A stretch of 54,799 bases of DNA from Chiloscyllium plagiosum (taxonomy: Eukaryota): NCBI RefSeq assembly GCF_004010195.1, contig NC_057754.1:1317389-1372187 (forward strand), given 5' to 3'. The position numbers and the translations under genes are program-made. The notes beneath the pieces are model-generated. The model made no database searches. It saw nothing but the letters and a program-made list of their open reading frames with translations, and was not told the DNA's origin. Of this stretch, positions 24,128-35,804 are shown piece by piece; the stretch's first letter is position 1; each line of letters starts with the position of its first letter.

Positions 24128-26856
24128 CTGGAAGAAACCAGGTTAGGAAAAAAAGGACGGAAAAGAAAAGTTACATAAATTCTCAAATCGTTATCAAAAC
24201 ACAGCACGGAGCTTTGGAGGCACAGTGCAATGAACGTTTCAAAAACAGCATCAACATTTCGTCAAAAATAAAACAAGATATCGGTAATGAAATTTAAGAC
24301 ACCAACTTGCAACACAATCCTAACACAGGGTAATTTTTAAAACACGTGCTCTGTAACAGTATCAAAAAGAACAGGATTACAGCTAGGAAAGGTCCATATT
24401 AGGGTTGCCACAATACAAAAACAATTTTGTTAGAAGTACAAAGTTTAATTTGAGTCCGTAGTTTGCTGCTCCTTCAGGGCTGGAAGGATTAATTTCCGTT
24501 ATGTTCGGATTGATTAAAGTAGGTCTTCCGGCCTACCTGTCACTCTGTCAGGAGTAAAAAAGGCAATCCTAAACAGTAAACTTGTAAAGAACAATTAATT
24601 TTTCAGGTGCATTTTCCCAAAGTAACAGCTCAGCAGTAAGTATCCGAAAATATCCACTGCAGACATGTCCATTTCGGGTACACAGGAAGCTTGACAATGC
24701 AGTAAAGTGCAATCCAATTTCCATGTATCTAACAGAGCTGGGGAGAAGCTACAGCAAGACGAATCGAATGCATTGGTGGCCCATCGGATCAGGATTCGGG
24801 CAAGTGGGGAGAAATGTGATACTTCCAGCCCTGTTGCTGCCGCCAGTCACACCTGTTCATTCAACCTCTCGGATCATCTAGAGTTCAATTTGAAAGCTAG
24901 GTAGAACCTGCTAATTTTAACTTAATGCTCAAGAACAAGGCAGTGTTGGAACCTGGTAGTCATGCACAGCGCTTTCAGTAAAAGACAAACCTTAGTAAAG
25001 CTAAAGAGGGGCAAAAACATTTTATCTTGGCAAGGAAATGAATCAATTAATTAAAAGCTCTTCAAACATTCAAAAACACATTATAAACTGAGTAACCTGA
25101 AAAATGGCAATGTCGGAAACCAGGCGAGACACTGAATAATGATTACTGATCCGTGTTAAGATGACATAAGTCTGATTTCAATCTGTCACCACCTTACTAA
25201 GGGGTCAGACAGAAATGTGAAGAGGGCTGACTTAACCTTCAACACTGTTCACTTTTGCCAGTTGAAAAGGAGGGACTGAAACAGGGCATATCTTTTCACT
25301 TCATCAGACAACAGCAACTGGTCAACAGGAATAAAAGCTGCACTACCTGACACCTCAAACCCAAGTGAACACCATATACATTTCAGCAGTAAAAGATGAC
25401 AAAGTATTTCAATCAAACGGACGGCAGTGTATCAGCTCGACATCATATTCTGCAGAAGCCTCTCTTCTGGCACAGTTTATAGACAAATTGCAGGCTTAGC
25501 AATGAGCAGCAATCATCTCAGTTGAACATTTTTGTCAACTAGCCTATTCCATTAAGAATTCTGTGCGCAACTCTCCATGATTGCATGACCAACTGTCTTC
25601 AGAAGCTAGCGTGTCAGGGACAACTTTCACCTTTTCAGCTCTCCAGACTGGAGGGTTTGGTGAGATAGAGGAATGAAAAGCTCCAACATTGTAAATTTCA
25701 ATCAATCAATCTGGCTGTTCAGAAGCAGGTCTTAACAAGAGGAAGAGAACAGGGCAGGGTGGGGGGGCAGATTCTGAAACTGTATCACTGGCCCATCAAT
25801 ACCATGTGAGTGCTCTCACCACGACACAGAAAAATCAGAAGTGTCACACAAAATAGAAGCTGTGAACGTCAAGATAGGAGCGGGGTCTGGGCAATTCCTC
25901 ACCTGCTGGTGAGGAGGGACAAGTTGGGTAAACTGCTACCTGTTAAAACAACCCATCTTAAAAAAATTCACAGAAAATTAATGAAACTGTTTGGTGATAC
26001 CAATGATATGTCAAGTGTTTGAATGAGAGATGCGTTTTTGGCTGTAAAATTGATTGCATCAGAGGACCAGAGTTCAAAGTGTAGGTTAAAATGACCTGCT
26101 CCTGTACAGTGCCTGCCTTATGTACACCAGTTCAGGATTTGACTCTGTCCCTCCTTTGACGTGAAAGGCAGAGGGCTGAGTGGTCAATCTGGATATGGGT
26201 TGCTCGAGAATCTGTCCATGCTGTCACTGGTCACACATTTTCAGACAGAAAAGCTCGGCTCTCATGGGCAGTGTCGTCACTAGGTTCCTCTCATCTGGCA
26301 GACTGCGAGCACCAGGGGACAACCTGACCTAACTGATGCACCTTCAGCAAAAATATCATCCACCAGCACTCCCAAATTCCAGACAGCCACAAATAGAGAA
26401 CTGTGCTTCCATATGTCGTCAGCCCCCTCGCTTGAGATCCAACTGAATGTTATGCAGTCATTTCGTGACAACCCCACCCTCCCAAACCTGGTTGGCGCCC
26501 TAGTGACAACACCACCATCAATTTGAGAGCTTGGCCGCATAAAATCTGGATACATTTGCAAAAGTTGGTTAAAAACATCCTGTTTCACGTCTGTAAAAGC
26601 AGAAGCTATGAGCGCCAAAGTAAGGAGGCAGCGGATAGAATGTCACCGAGTTGTAACTGATTATTGTGGCATCCCCAATATATCTAAATAACCTTAAAAG
26701 ACATTACAGCAGTTTATACATCGCATTTATAAAGAAACTTTTGCATCTGAACATTTGCAGCACACTCTTCTTTTTAAAATGATTACACTTTTGAATTAAG
26801 ACTTGGATTACCTTTAGAAACAATGAACAGGCAGCATAAGTGGGTTAAATCCTTAC

Positions 26857-26988
26857 CGATATAAGCACGCTCCTGATCACGGGTCAGTCCAGGTGGAATC
26901 ACAGTCGGCATCCCAGGAATGACTGTTTTCTGATCCGAAGTCTCATTGCTCCAGCGACTTCTTTTCCTCCTCTTCTGTCCAAAGTCAT
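26857..26988 (-). CDS. SF1: SF1 exon 2 (ULM motif KRRKRSRW)
   Basis: aag|AT...G|gtaagg, 132 nt; DFGQKRRKRSRWSNETSDQKTVIPGMPTVIPPGLTRDQERAYI. Confidence 0.97.
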
Positions 26989-27644
26989 CTTTAAAATAAT
27001 TTTTAAAAGAAAAAAAAAACACCAGGAACGTGAGTATCGGCTGCGCGCAAAACCGGCGAGGGGATCCTCCTCACGCCTACAATTCTCGCGGGCAGATCCC
27101 AGGTGCGATGCATTTCCTGGAAGCCCACCCCCGTAACCCCTGTGACATGTTTACATAGCAAGCCGCCTGTTGTAATTCGGGTATTCACTATACCGAAAGG
27201 ACTCTGGGAGACTGCCAGCAGCGCCGCCCCAGTGGCGGGAGGCCAGGACTGCAGCGTGACCTGTTTACATAGGAAAGCTCCCATGGCAGCGACAGAAAAG
27301 CCCGCAATTAATAAATCCAAAGGACACATGGACAGAAAGAAAGGGAATCGACATGTGTGAGGGGGGGGGGAATAAGCGTGTTTAAATAAAGTGGAGCGGG
27401 GGAAAAAGACAGGGATGGGCGAACACTTATGTCAAAAGGGTGAAATTCAAACAAATTTAAGCCAGAATAGGTTTAGTTACTGGAATAGGTTTAAATACAA
27501 CGAAATGGACAACTAAACAAACAGAAGAAAAAAGGAAACAAACACAAACAAAACGAAGAAAGAGACGAATAAAGACAAAACAAAACGATGAGTTTCTCTT
27601 ATTTTCTCAGCTCGGTCACAGGGACATCCCTGTACTTCACTCAC

Positions 27645-27735
27645 CGTCGAGCGCCGGGCTCTCGATACCGCGTTTGTTGCCCACGGCCTGCAGCATTTTA
27701 CCGCCCGCGGGGGAGGTGTGGGCCCCGCTCGCCAT
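27645..27735 (-). CDS. SF1: SF1 first coding exon (canonical)
   Basis: gaaATGG Kozak context; MASGAHTSPAGGKMLQAVGNKRGIESPALD resembles vertebrate MATGANATPLGK...; phase-1 donor G|gtgagt fits exon 2. Confidence 0.88.
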
Positions 27736-27929
27736 TTCCCTCTCACTTCACCCACACCGTCCCCGGGGGAGAGGGGGAAGGGGCTGAGGGTAACCCCGAC
27801 CCCTCACCGAGCCGCCCGAAACCCCCGCCGCCGGCCAGGGGAGGCCCAAAGCTGAGGTAAAGGAGCGGCGGCTCAGAGCGGGGAAGCCCGCAAGGCCGCG
27901 GAGGGAACGCCGGAGACTGAGCGGCGTCG

Positions 27930-28420
27930 GCGCCACAACATGGCGGCCGCGGCCTCAGGGAGACGGTTTGACGAACGGTGGAGTGGGGCGGGTACGTCCG
28001 GCGCACCGCCACCGCGCGGACGACCCTATTGGACGGGGTGGGTGGGGGGGGCGCACTTCGTCACGTAGGATCCACAGGTCCCATTGGTCGGATCGCCCGT
28101 CCGTCAGGCGGAAACTCGCCTCCCAGTGGCCGAGGCCACCGTCTAACGTAGCGATTGGTGGGGATGTCCATCCATCAGCGGAGGAACCGTCTCCCATTGG
28201 GTAAGGCTCCCGTCCCTCAGATACAAACAGAGGATAGGCCCGTTTCCACGTACGTCGGACCGTCACCCCTTCCGCTCCCTACTGATTGGTCGGAACCAGC
28301 CTTTGAACGGACCTCTAACTCTCATTGGTCGGGGCACCCGACTGAAAGATTGGAACCAAGGGCGACTATTGGGGGTGGCGGCTGTCCGTCAAAAAACCGG
28401 AAACACGTAGCCCTTGATTG
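27930..28420 (-). promoter_or_regulatory. SF1: SF1 proximal CpG-island promoter
   Basis: CpG-rich; YY1-like AACATGGCGGC at 27937-27947, GC box at ~27984, eight CCAAT boxes on the - strand, ETS-like CCGGAA at ~28397. Confidence 0.8.
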
Positions 28421-28500
28421 ACAGGCGCCGGAGGGAAAGCCGTAGCAAGACAATCACCCCCGCCCCTACAAGCCACCCCATCCCCCAACAGCCGCCTCAC

Positions 28501-28561
28501 CTCGCTCCCGCGGCGCCTGACCGAACGAAGACATCATAAAGAAGCGGCCCGGCTCTTCCAT
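28501..28561 (-). CDS. SF1: Candidate alternative upstream first coding exon of SF1
   Basis: ATG at 28561, MEEPGRFFMMSSFGQAPRER, phase-1 donor GAG|gtgagg in frame with exon 2; a second promoter-motif cluster lies just upstream. Confidence 0.5.
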
Positions 28562-28719
28562 CGGAAGGTCAGTAGGCGATTGTGGGTGACTTTTTTTTGT
28601 TTGCCTTTGCCTCGTCTACTTGGTCTGGGTGTTGGAGCCGGGTGCTGTGCTCTAACGGACTCGCTAACGTCCGGGCCTCGGGGAGGGTTCCTTTCACTCG
28701 ACCTCGAGCATCTTCGCGC

Positions 28720-29095
28720 GGCGGAATAGGCCGGACTGTACTCCGCATGCGCCGCGCTCTCCCGAGGACCCGCCCCCGCCCCCTCACGGATCGCCCTTTC
28801 CGATTAGTCGTCAGCGCCGTCAGTCAGCCGTGGACCGACACCCGATTGGCCGCAGCGCCCGTCCGTCACGGGCTCCCTCTTCCGCCTGCCCCGCCCTCCG
28901 AACGATCCCTTTGTTCGTGTCCCCACCCCTCCCTCTGATTGGCCGCCGTCGGTGGCCGGGGCCATCGGTCTTTCCCTAGCCTTCCGATTGGTCCACCCGC
29001 ACGTCTATCTCCCTGTGTCCCACTCCGATTGGGTGGCGATGCCCAACCGGTCTCTGCATGGGGGGGGTCACCTGACCTGACCCGGAAATGTCAAC
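28720..29095 (-). promoter_or_regulatory. SF1: Candidate SF1 distal promoter
   Basis: NRF1-like CGCATGCGC at ~28744, GC boxes, four CCAAT boxes, ETS-like CCGGAA at ~29082. Confidence 0.6.
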
Positions 29096-29124
29096 TCTGC
29101 TTGCTCTCTGCCCACATGCTGCCA

Positions 29125-29760
29125 GAGTTGAGAGTGTGGTGCTGGAAAAGCACAGCACAGCAGGTCAGGCAGCATCCTAGGAGCAGGGAGAGTCAACGTT
29201 TTGGCCATCAGTTAAAAATCACCCAACACCAGGTTATAGCCCAACAGCTTTATTTGGGAAGCACTAGCTTTCGGAGCGCTGCTCTTTCACCAGGAGGTTG
29301 TGCAAAATCTTTCCTGATTTAGATTAGGTTAGATTCCCTACGGTGTGGAAACAGGCCCTTTGACCCAACTAATCCAAACCGACCCTCCGAAGAGTAACCC
29401 ACCCAGACCCATTTCCCTCTGACTAATGCACCTAACATCACTGGCAATTTAGCACGGCCAGTCCACCTGACCTGCGCATCTTTTGGACTGTGCGGGGAAA
29501 CCCACGCAGACACTGGGAGAATGTGCAGACTCCACACAGACAGTCACCTGAGGTTGGGATCCTGGTGCTGAGAGGCAGCAGTGCTAACCACTGAGCCTCT
29601 GATGAAGGGCTTATGACCGAAACATTAATTCTACTGCTCCTCAGATGCTGCCTGACCTACTGTGTGCTTTTCCAGTGTCGTGCTCTTCGACTCTGATCTC
29701 CAGCATCTGCAGTCTTCACTTTCACCCACACATGCTGCCAGACCTCCTTAGCTTTTCCCG
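29125..29760. mobile_element. Nested cluster of Penelope-type terminal repeats and a V-SINE (-, ~29320-29597)
   Basis: Hammerhead-like cores at 29262-29293 (-) and 29599-29626 (+); SINE similar to other copies. Confidence 0.75.
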
Positions 29761-29984
29761 TGAATTTCTGAATTCCTGCATTTTTTTAAGGTTTATTCTA
29801 AACTGAATTAGAATCAGCTTTATTGTCACATGAACTCGGACGAGTACGGTGAAAAGTTAGAGCACCAGGAGCAGATTAGAGCCGGACAGCACGGGTGAGT
29901 CAGAAATCTCACAAGAACAGGCTGCAATCAAACACAACACCAAGTTACAAACTGGTGATTTCTGACTTTGCCCACCTCGCTCCA

Positions 29985-30482
29985 TCATACAGCATGGAAA
30001 CAGACCCTTCGGTCTGTGCCAACCAGATATCCTAACCTAATCTAGTCCCATTTGGCCCATATCCCTCCAAACCCTACCTATTCGTATACCCATCCAGATG
30101 CCTTTTAATTTTTGTCATTGCACCAGCCTCCACTACCACCTCTGGCAGCTCATTCCATACAAGCACCACCCTCTGCGTGAAAATGTTTCCCCTGAGGTAC
30201 CTTTTAAATCTTTCCCCTCTCACCTTAAACCTCTGGATTTGGTCTCCCCTACTCTGGGGAAAAGACCTTGTCTATTCACACTATCCTTGCCCCTCATGAT
30301 TTTGTAAATCTCTATAAGGTCACTCCCCTCTTCTAATACTCCAGGGAAAACAGCCCCAGCCTATTCAGCCTCTCCCTGTAATTCAAACCTTCCAACCCTG
30401 GCAACATCCTTTTCTAAACCCTTTTAAGTTTCACAACATCCTTCCTATAGCAGGGAAACCAGAGTTGCACACAGTATTCCAA
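29985..30482 (-). mobile_element. CR1-type LINE 3' fragment
   Basis: Reverse complement of the CR1 3' end seen at 1719-2331. Confidence 0.88.
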
Positions 30483-30507
30483 ATGGGAATTCTTGAGTAC
30501 AAATTGG

Positions 30508-30845
30508 AGTGGCATGGTGACTCAGTGGTTAGCATTGCTGCCTCACAGCACCAGGAACCCGGGTTCAATTCCAGCCACTGGCGTCTATTTGGATTTTGCA
30601 CATTCTCCCCTTGTCTGCATGGGTTTATTCTGGGTACTCCAGTTTCCTCCCACATTCCAAAGATCCACAGGTTAGGTGAGTTGGCCGAGCTAAATTGACT
30701 TGTAGTGTTCAGGAATGTGAAGGTTAGGTGCTTTAGTCAGGGGTAAATATGGGATAATAGGGTAAGTGAATGGGTCTGGGAGGGTTTGTCTTCGGAGGGT
30801 CAGAGGGGACTTGTTGAGCCGAAGGGCCTGTTTCCATACTGTAGG
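30508..30845 (+). mobile_element. V-SINE (HE1-like)
   Basis: tRNA-like head, central domain and tail. Confidence 0.88.
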
Positions 30846-30887
30846 CCTTCTATTATATGCAATTAAAATCATAGGATCCCTACTGTG

Positions 30888-31535
30888 TTGAGACTGTCAT
30901 CCATCTCCTTCTGGAATGTGCCTTTGCAAAGGAAGTCTGGAGAGAGATGCAGTGGTTTTTGTTGAAGTGCTTCCCGAGCAGCTCCGTGGCTTGGGATTCC
31001 GTACTGTACAGTCTGTTCTCTGGGGTGCGCACCGAGACAGACATCAACTGCTCCTGGAGGATCATCACCTCGGTGCAAGATGCTCTTTGGTCTGCCCGAA
31101 CCTTGTTAGTCTTCCAGAATAAAGAGTTGACCTTGACCGAGTGTTGCAGACAGCACATTCCAAGGTCCAGGACTATGTGCGAAAGGACCGTTTTAAAAAA
31201 AATTGAATTGGAATCAGCTTTATTGTCACATGAACGCATGAGTATGGGACAGTTACTGCCAAGGTAGAGTGAGAAAAGACCACTGTCTGAGGTCTTCCTG
31301 CTGATGGTAAAATGGGATCCATTCAGTTATTGGACCTTCCCAGTGTCTCCAGTATATGTAAATATTAGAACTGTATCTGGAAGAGGGGCCTTTGGTTTTT
31401 TTGGATAAAGTTGCAGTCCACAATGTTTTGTTCATTTACTTGATAAGCAACTGTACAGAACCAAGTGGTGTTGTGACAACGTATATGTACAAAGAGATTT
31501 TTTTTATGAATGAAAAATATTTTTGCAATAAACAA
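30888..31535 (+). mobile_element. Tx1/L1-clade LINE 3' fragment (ORF2 C-terminal zinc-finger region and 3' UTR)
   Basis: ETVIHLLLECAFAKEVWREMQWFL...DALWSARTLLVFQ fits the zf-RVT ETxxHLLxxCxxAxxVW / WxxRN pattern. Confidence 0.7.
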
Positions 31536-31699
31536 TTTTCTCTACAGTGTAGAAGCAGGCTGTTCTGGCTATTGAGTCCACACCTACTGAAGGGCATTCC
31601 CCCCCCCCCCGCCAGGCGCACTCCCCCTGCACCCTGCTATGTAACCATGCATTTTCCGTGTCTAATCCACCTAGCCTGCACACTGTGGGCAACTTAGAT

Positions 31700-31900
31700 T
31701 GTTGCAAGGTTTGTAGCTCAGATTGGGTTTAAGGCGTAGGTTTGCTCGCTGAGTTGTAGGTTTGATATCCAGACGTTTCATTACCTGGCAAGGTAACATC
31801 ATCAGTGGCGACCTCCAAGTGAAGCCACTGATGATGTTACCCAGCCAGGTAATGAAACGTCTGGATATCAAACCTACAGCTCTGCGAGCAAACCTACACC
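31700..31900. mobile_element. Inverted pair of Penelope-type terminal repeats with two intact hammerhead cores
   Basis: ~74-bp arms (31735-31808 and 31825-31898), each with cca-CTGATGA-tgttacc..ggtaat-GAAAC-GTC-tgg. Confidence 0.8.
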
Positions 31901-31904
31901 CTAT

Positions 31905-32195
31905 TTAGATGATTAGATTCCCTACAGTATGGAAACAGGCCCTTCGGCCCAACAGGTCCACACCAACTCTCCGGAGAGTAACCCACCCAGACCCATTCTC
32001 CTGTGACTAATACACCTAGCACTATGGGCAATTTAGCACGGACAATCCACCCTAACCTACACATCTGTGGACTGTGGGCAGAAACCAGAGCACCCAGAGG
32101 AACCCCACGCAGACACAGACTGTGGAAATTTGACACGGTCGCCCAAGGCTGGAATCGAAACTAGGTAGAGTTGGGCTGCAATGCTCACCACTGAT
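31905..32195 (-). mobile_element. V-SINE (HE1-like)
   Basis: Similarity to other copies in the window. Confidence 0.85.
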
Positions 32196-32714
32196 GGCAG
32201 TCAATTCTTCGGGAGAGAAAGAATTTAGAAAAATGAAGAGATAAAAGAAATGAAAAGTGACCTTTTATAAGTTGGTTTTACCTTTTTTTTAAAGTTCTCC
32301 CTTTTAACTCAATGAAGGAGAACATTCTGGAAGGAGACAGAGAGGTCAAATTGGATACCTCTGCTCAGAGGCAGGTTGGTGTGATCACGAGAGGGTGGAA
32401 CAGAAATGTCCTGGCACAGTTCTCGCACCTTTAAGATTGGAAATGACCTGCAGATTTTTTGAGACTGAAATGGGGATTGAAAGAAGTGCTGAGTGAAGGA
32501 GTGAGGATGTGTAACAGCGAGCAGGATGCCGGTGAGGTTCTCTCCCTTTCAGAGGGAAGGGAACAGAACTGATGAGGTTTCTGGGATGTGAAGGCACAAG
32601 GAGTTGCTGAGGTGGGCCTTGCTTGTCTAAGGCAGCTCCGAATGACTCTGGCTGAATGGAATGACCGTTTCAAGGACGTAGCCAAGTTTCAGCTGCATGT
32701 GGCAGGGAGACGGG

Positions 32715-33853
32715 GACTACACGGGGAGCACCGGAACGGGGCCCATTTGTAACTACGCGGGGAGCACCGGAACGGGGCCCATTTGTAACTACGTGGGGAG
32801 CACCAGAACGGGGCCCATTTGTAACTACGTGGGGAGCACCAGAACGGGGCCCATTTGTAACTACGCGGGGAGCACCGGAACGGGGCCCATTTGTAACTAC
32901 GTGGGGAGCACCGGAACGGGGCCCATTTGTAACTACGTGGGGAGCACCAGAACGGGGCCCATTTGTAACTACATGGGGAGCACCAGAACGGGGCCCATTT
33001 GTAACTACATGGGGAGCATCAGAACGGGGCCCATTTGTAACTACGCGGGGAGCACCAGAACGGGGCCCATTTGTAACTACGCGGGGAGCACCAGAACGGG
33101 GCCCATTTGTAACTACATGGGGAGCATCAGAACGGGGCCCATTTGTAACTACGCGGGGAGCACCAGAACGGGGCCCATTTGTAACTACGCGGGGAGCACC
33201 GGAACGGGGCCCATTTGTAACTACGCGGGGAGCATCAGAACGGGGCCCATTTGTAACTGCGCGGGGAGCATCAGAACGGGGCCCATTTGTAACTGCGCGG
33301 GGAGCACCGGAACGGGGCCCATTTGTAACTACGCGGGGAGCATCAGAACGGGGCCCATTTGTAACTACACGGGGAGCACCAGAATGGGGCCCATTTGTAA
33401 CTACGCGGGGAGCACCGGAACGGGGCCCATTTGTAACTACGCGGGGAGCATCAGAACGGGGCCCATTTGTAACTACGCGGGGAGCACCGGAACGGGGCCC
33501 ATTTGTAACTACGCGGGGAGCACCGGAACGGGGCCCATTTGTAACTGCGCGGGGAGCAGCAGAACGGGGCCCATTTGTAACTACGCGGGGAGCACCAGAA
33601 CGGGGCCCATTTGTAACTGCGCGGGGAGCAGCAGAACGGGGCCCATTTGTAACTACGCGGGGAGCACCGGAACGGGGCCCATTTGTAACTGCGCGGGGAG
33701 CAGCAGAACGGGGCCCATTTGTAACTACGCGGGGAGCACCAGAACGGGGCCCATTTGTAACTGTGCGGGGAGCAGCAGAACGGGGCCCATTTGTAACTAC
33801 GTGGGGAGCACCGGAACGGAGCCCATTTGTAACTACGCGGGGAGCACCGGAAC
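32715..33853. repeat. 36-bp minisatellite, ~31 copies, running into the gap
   Basis: Unit ggggagcacc(g/a)gaacggggcccatttgtaactacgc. Confidence 0.98.
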
Positions 33854-34353
33854 NNNNNNNNNNNNNNNNNNNNNNNNNNNNNNNNNNNNNNNNNNNNNNN
33901 NNNNNNNNNNNNNNNNNNNNNNNNNNNNNNNNNNNNNNNNNNNNNNNNNNNNNNNNNNNNNNNNNNNNNNNNNNNNNNNNNNNNNNNNNNNNNNNNNNNN
34001 NNNNNNNNNNNNNNNNNNNNNNNNNNNNNNNNNNNNNNNNNNNNNNNNNNNNNNNNNNNNNNNNNNNNNNNNNNNNNNNNNNNNNNNNNNNNNNNNNNNN
34101 NNNNNNNNNNNNNNNNNNNNNNNNNNNNNNNNNNNNNNNNNNNNNNNNNNNNNNNNNNNNNNNNNNNNNNNNNNNNNNNNNNNNNNNNNNNNNNNNNNNN
34201 NNNNNNNNNNNNNNNNNNNNNNNNNNNNNNNNNNNNNNNNNNNNNNNNNNNNNNNNNNNNNNNNNNNNNNNNNNNNNNNNNNNNNNNNNNNNNNNNNNNN
34301 NNNNNNNNNNNNNNNNNNNNNNNNNNNNNNNNNNNNNNNNNNNNNNNNNNNNN
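33854..34353. other. Assembly gap (500 N)
   Basis: N run. Confidence 1.
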
Positions 34354-34944
34354 TCGGAGGGTCAGCGCTGAGGGAGCGGGCACTGTAAGAGTTGTTGTTG
34401 TATACTGTGCTGCCACCTTGTGGCCCTGACCGAGCACGGAGAACCATTTGGTGAGGTCTATCAGGGACATGGTGCTGGTCAGCTGAGGACCCAGAACAAC
34501 CCGCTCAACAACAGAAGCTGCGAGCCCAGACTGAAACGTTTCTCCATTCTGTTCCACACTGTCACCGATAAACCATGTGGCCCTGTCTGTTTGTCTGTCT
34601 GTGTGCAGAATGAGGAGATTACAAGGGCGCTGTGATGGAATTTGTTGTGGAGTGTGCTGGCTGCCTTATAAATATTTACCTGCTGTTAGGGTCTAACGGC
34701 CTGTGTGAAACAAGGAGGCTAGCTCAGTCCGGAAACTAGAACATCAAGGATACTGGGAACGTGGCATTCATCCTAAAACGTTACCTCCTGTGATAATCCA
34801 GCAATAGCGGGATGCGATAGACAGTGCACTGATACCCAATGGACACATTAGTCCAGCTGAGGTCTAACTGCTCCAATTCCAGACCCTAAACCTGTCACAC
34901 AACCCCTTCTCCCCGAGGACAGGCACTGGACTGGGCTCAGACTG

Positions 34945-35646
34945 TACCCCAGAGAGAGTCAGCCCCTTCAGGGAGAGGGAGGGAGACCCCAGTGAGGGTC
35001 AGCCCCTTCGGGGAGAGGGAGGGAGACCCCAGTGAGGGTCAGCCCCTTCAGGGAGAGGGAGGGAGACCCCAGTGAGGGTCAGCCCCTTCGGGGAGAGGGA
35101 GGGAGACCCCAGTGAGGGTCAGCCCCTTCAGGGAGAGGGAGGGAGACCCCAGTGAGGGTCAGTCCCTTCGGGGAGAGGGAGGGAGACCCCATACCCCAGT
35201 GAGGGTCAGCCCCTTTGGGGAGAGGGAGGGAGACCCCAGTGAGAGTCAGTCCCTTCGGGGAGAGGGAGAGAGACCCCAGTGAGGGTCAGCCCCTTTGGGG
35301 AGAGGGAGGGAGACCCCAGAGAGAGTCAGCCCCTTCGGGGAGAGGGAGGGAGACCCCGTACCTCAGTGAGGGTCAGCCCCTTCGGGGAGATGGAGGGAGA
35401 CCCCAGTGAGAGTCAGCCCCTTCAGGAGGGGAAGGGCGACCCTGTACCCCAGTGAGAGTCAGCCCCTTCAGGGAGAGGGAGGGAGACCCCGTACCTCAGT
35501 GAGAGACAGCCCCTTCAGGAGGGGGAGGGCGACCCCAGTGAGAGTCAGCCCCTTCAGGGAGAGGGAGGGAGACCCCAGTGAGAGTCAGCCCCTTCGGGGA
35601 GAGGGAGGGAGACCCCGTACCCCAGTGAGAGGCAGCCCCTTCAGGA
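34945..35646. repeat. 40-bp G-rich minisatellite (~16 copies)
   Basis: Unit gaccccagtgagggtcagccccttc(g/a)gggagagggaggga; period 40 (34981, 35021, 35061). Confidence 0.97.
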
Positions 35647-35804
35647 GTGGCCTTTGGTAATTGGGAGTGTGACAGTGTTGGGGGAACTTGTGTTCTGGGA
35701 TGATCCCGTGGGAACGTGTTTGCAGGTGAGCTGCAGGGGTCGGAGGTTGGAATTTGCCTAAATGTGTGCCCCTCATGCCCTGAATGGCATCCCAGGGTGG
35801 AAGA

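Noticed and set aside
32715..33853. CRISPR-like 36-bp repeats
   Set aside because: Units are head-to-tail with no unique spacers, there are no cas genes, and the context is a vertebrate genome.
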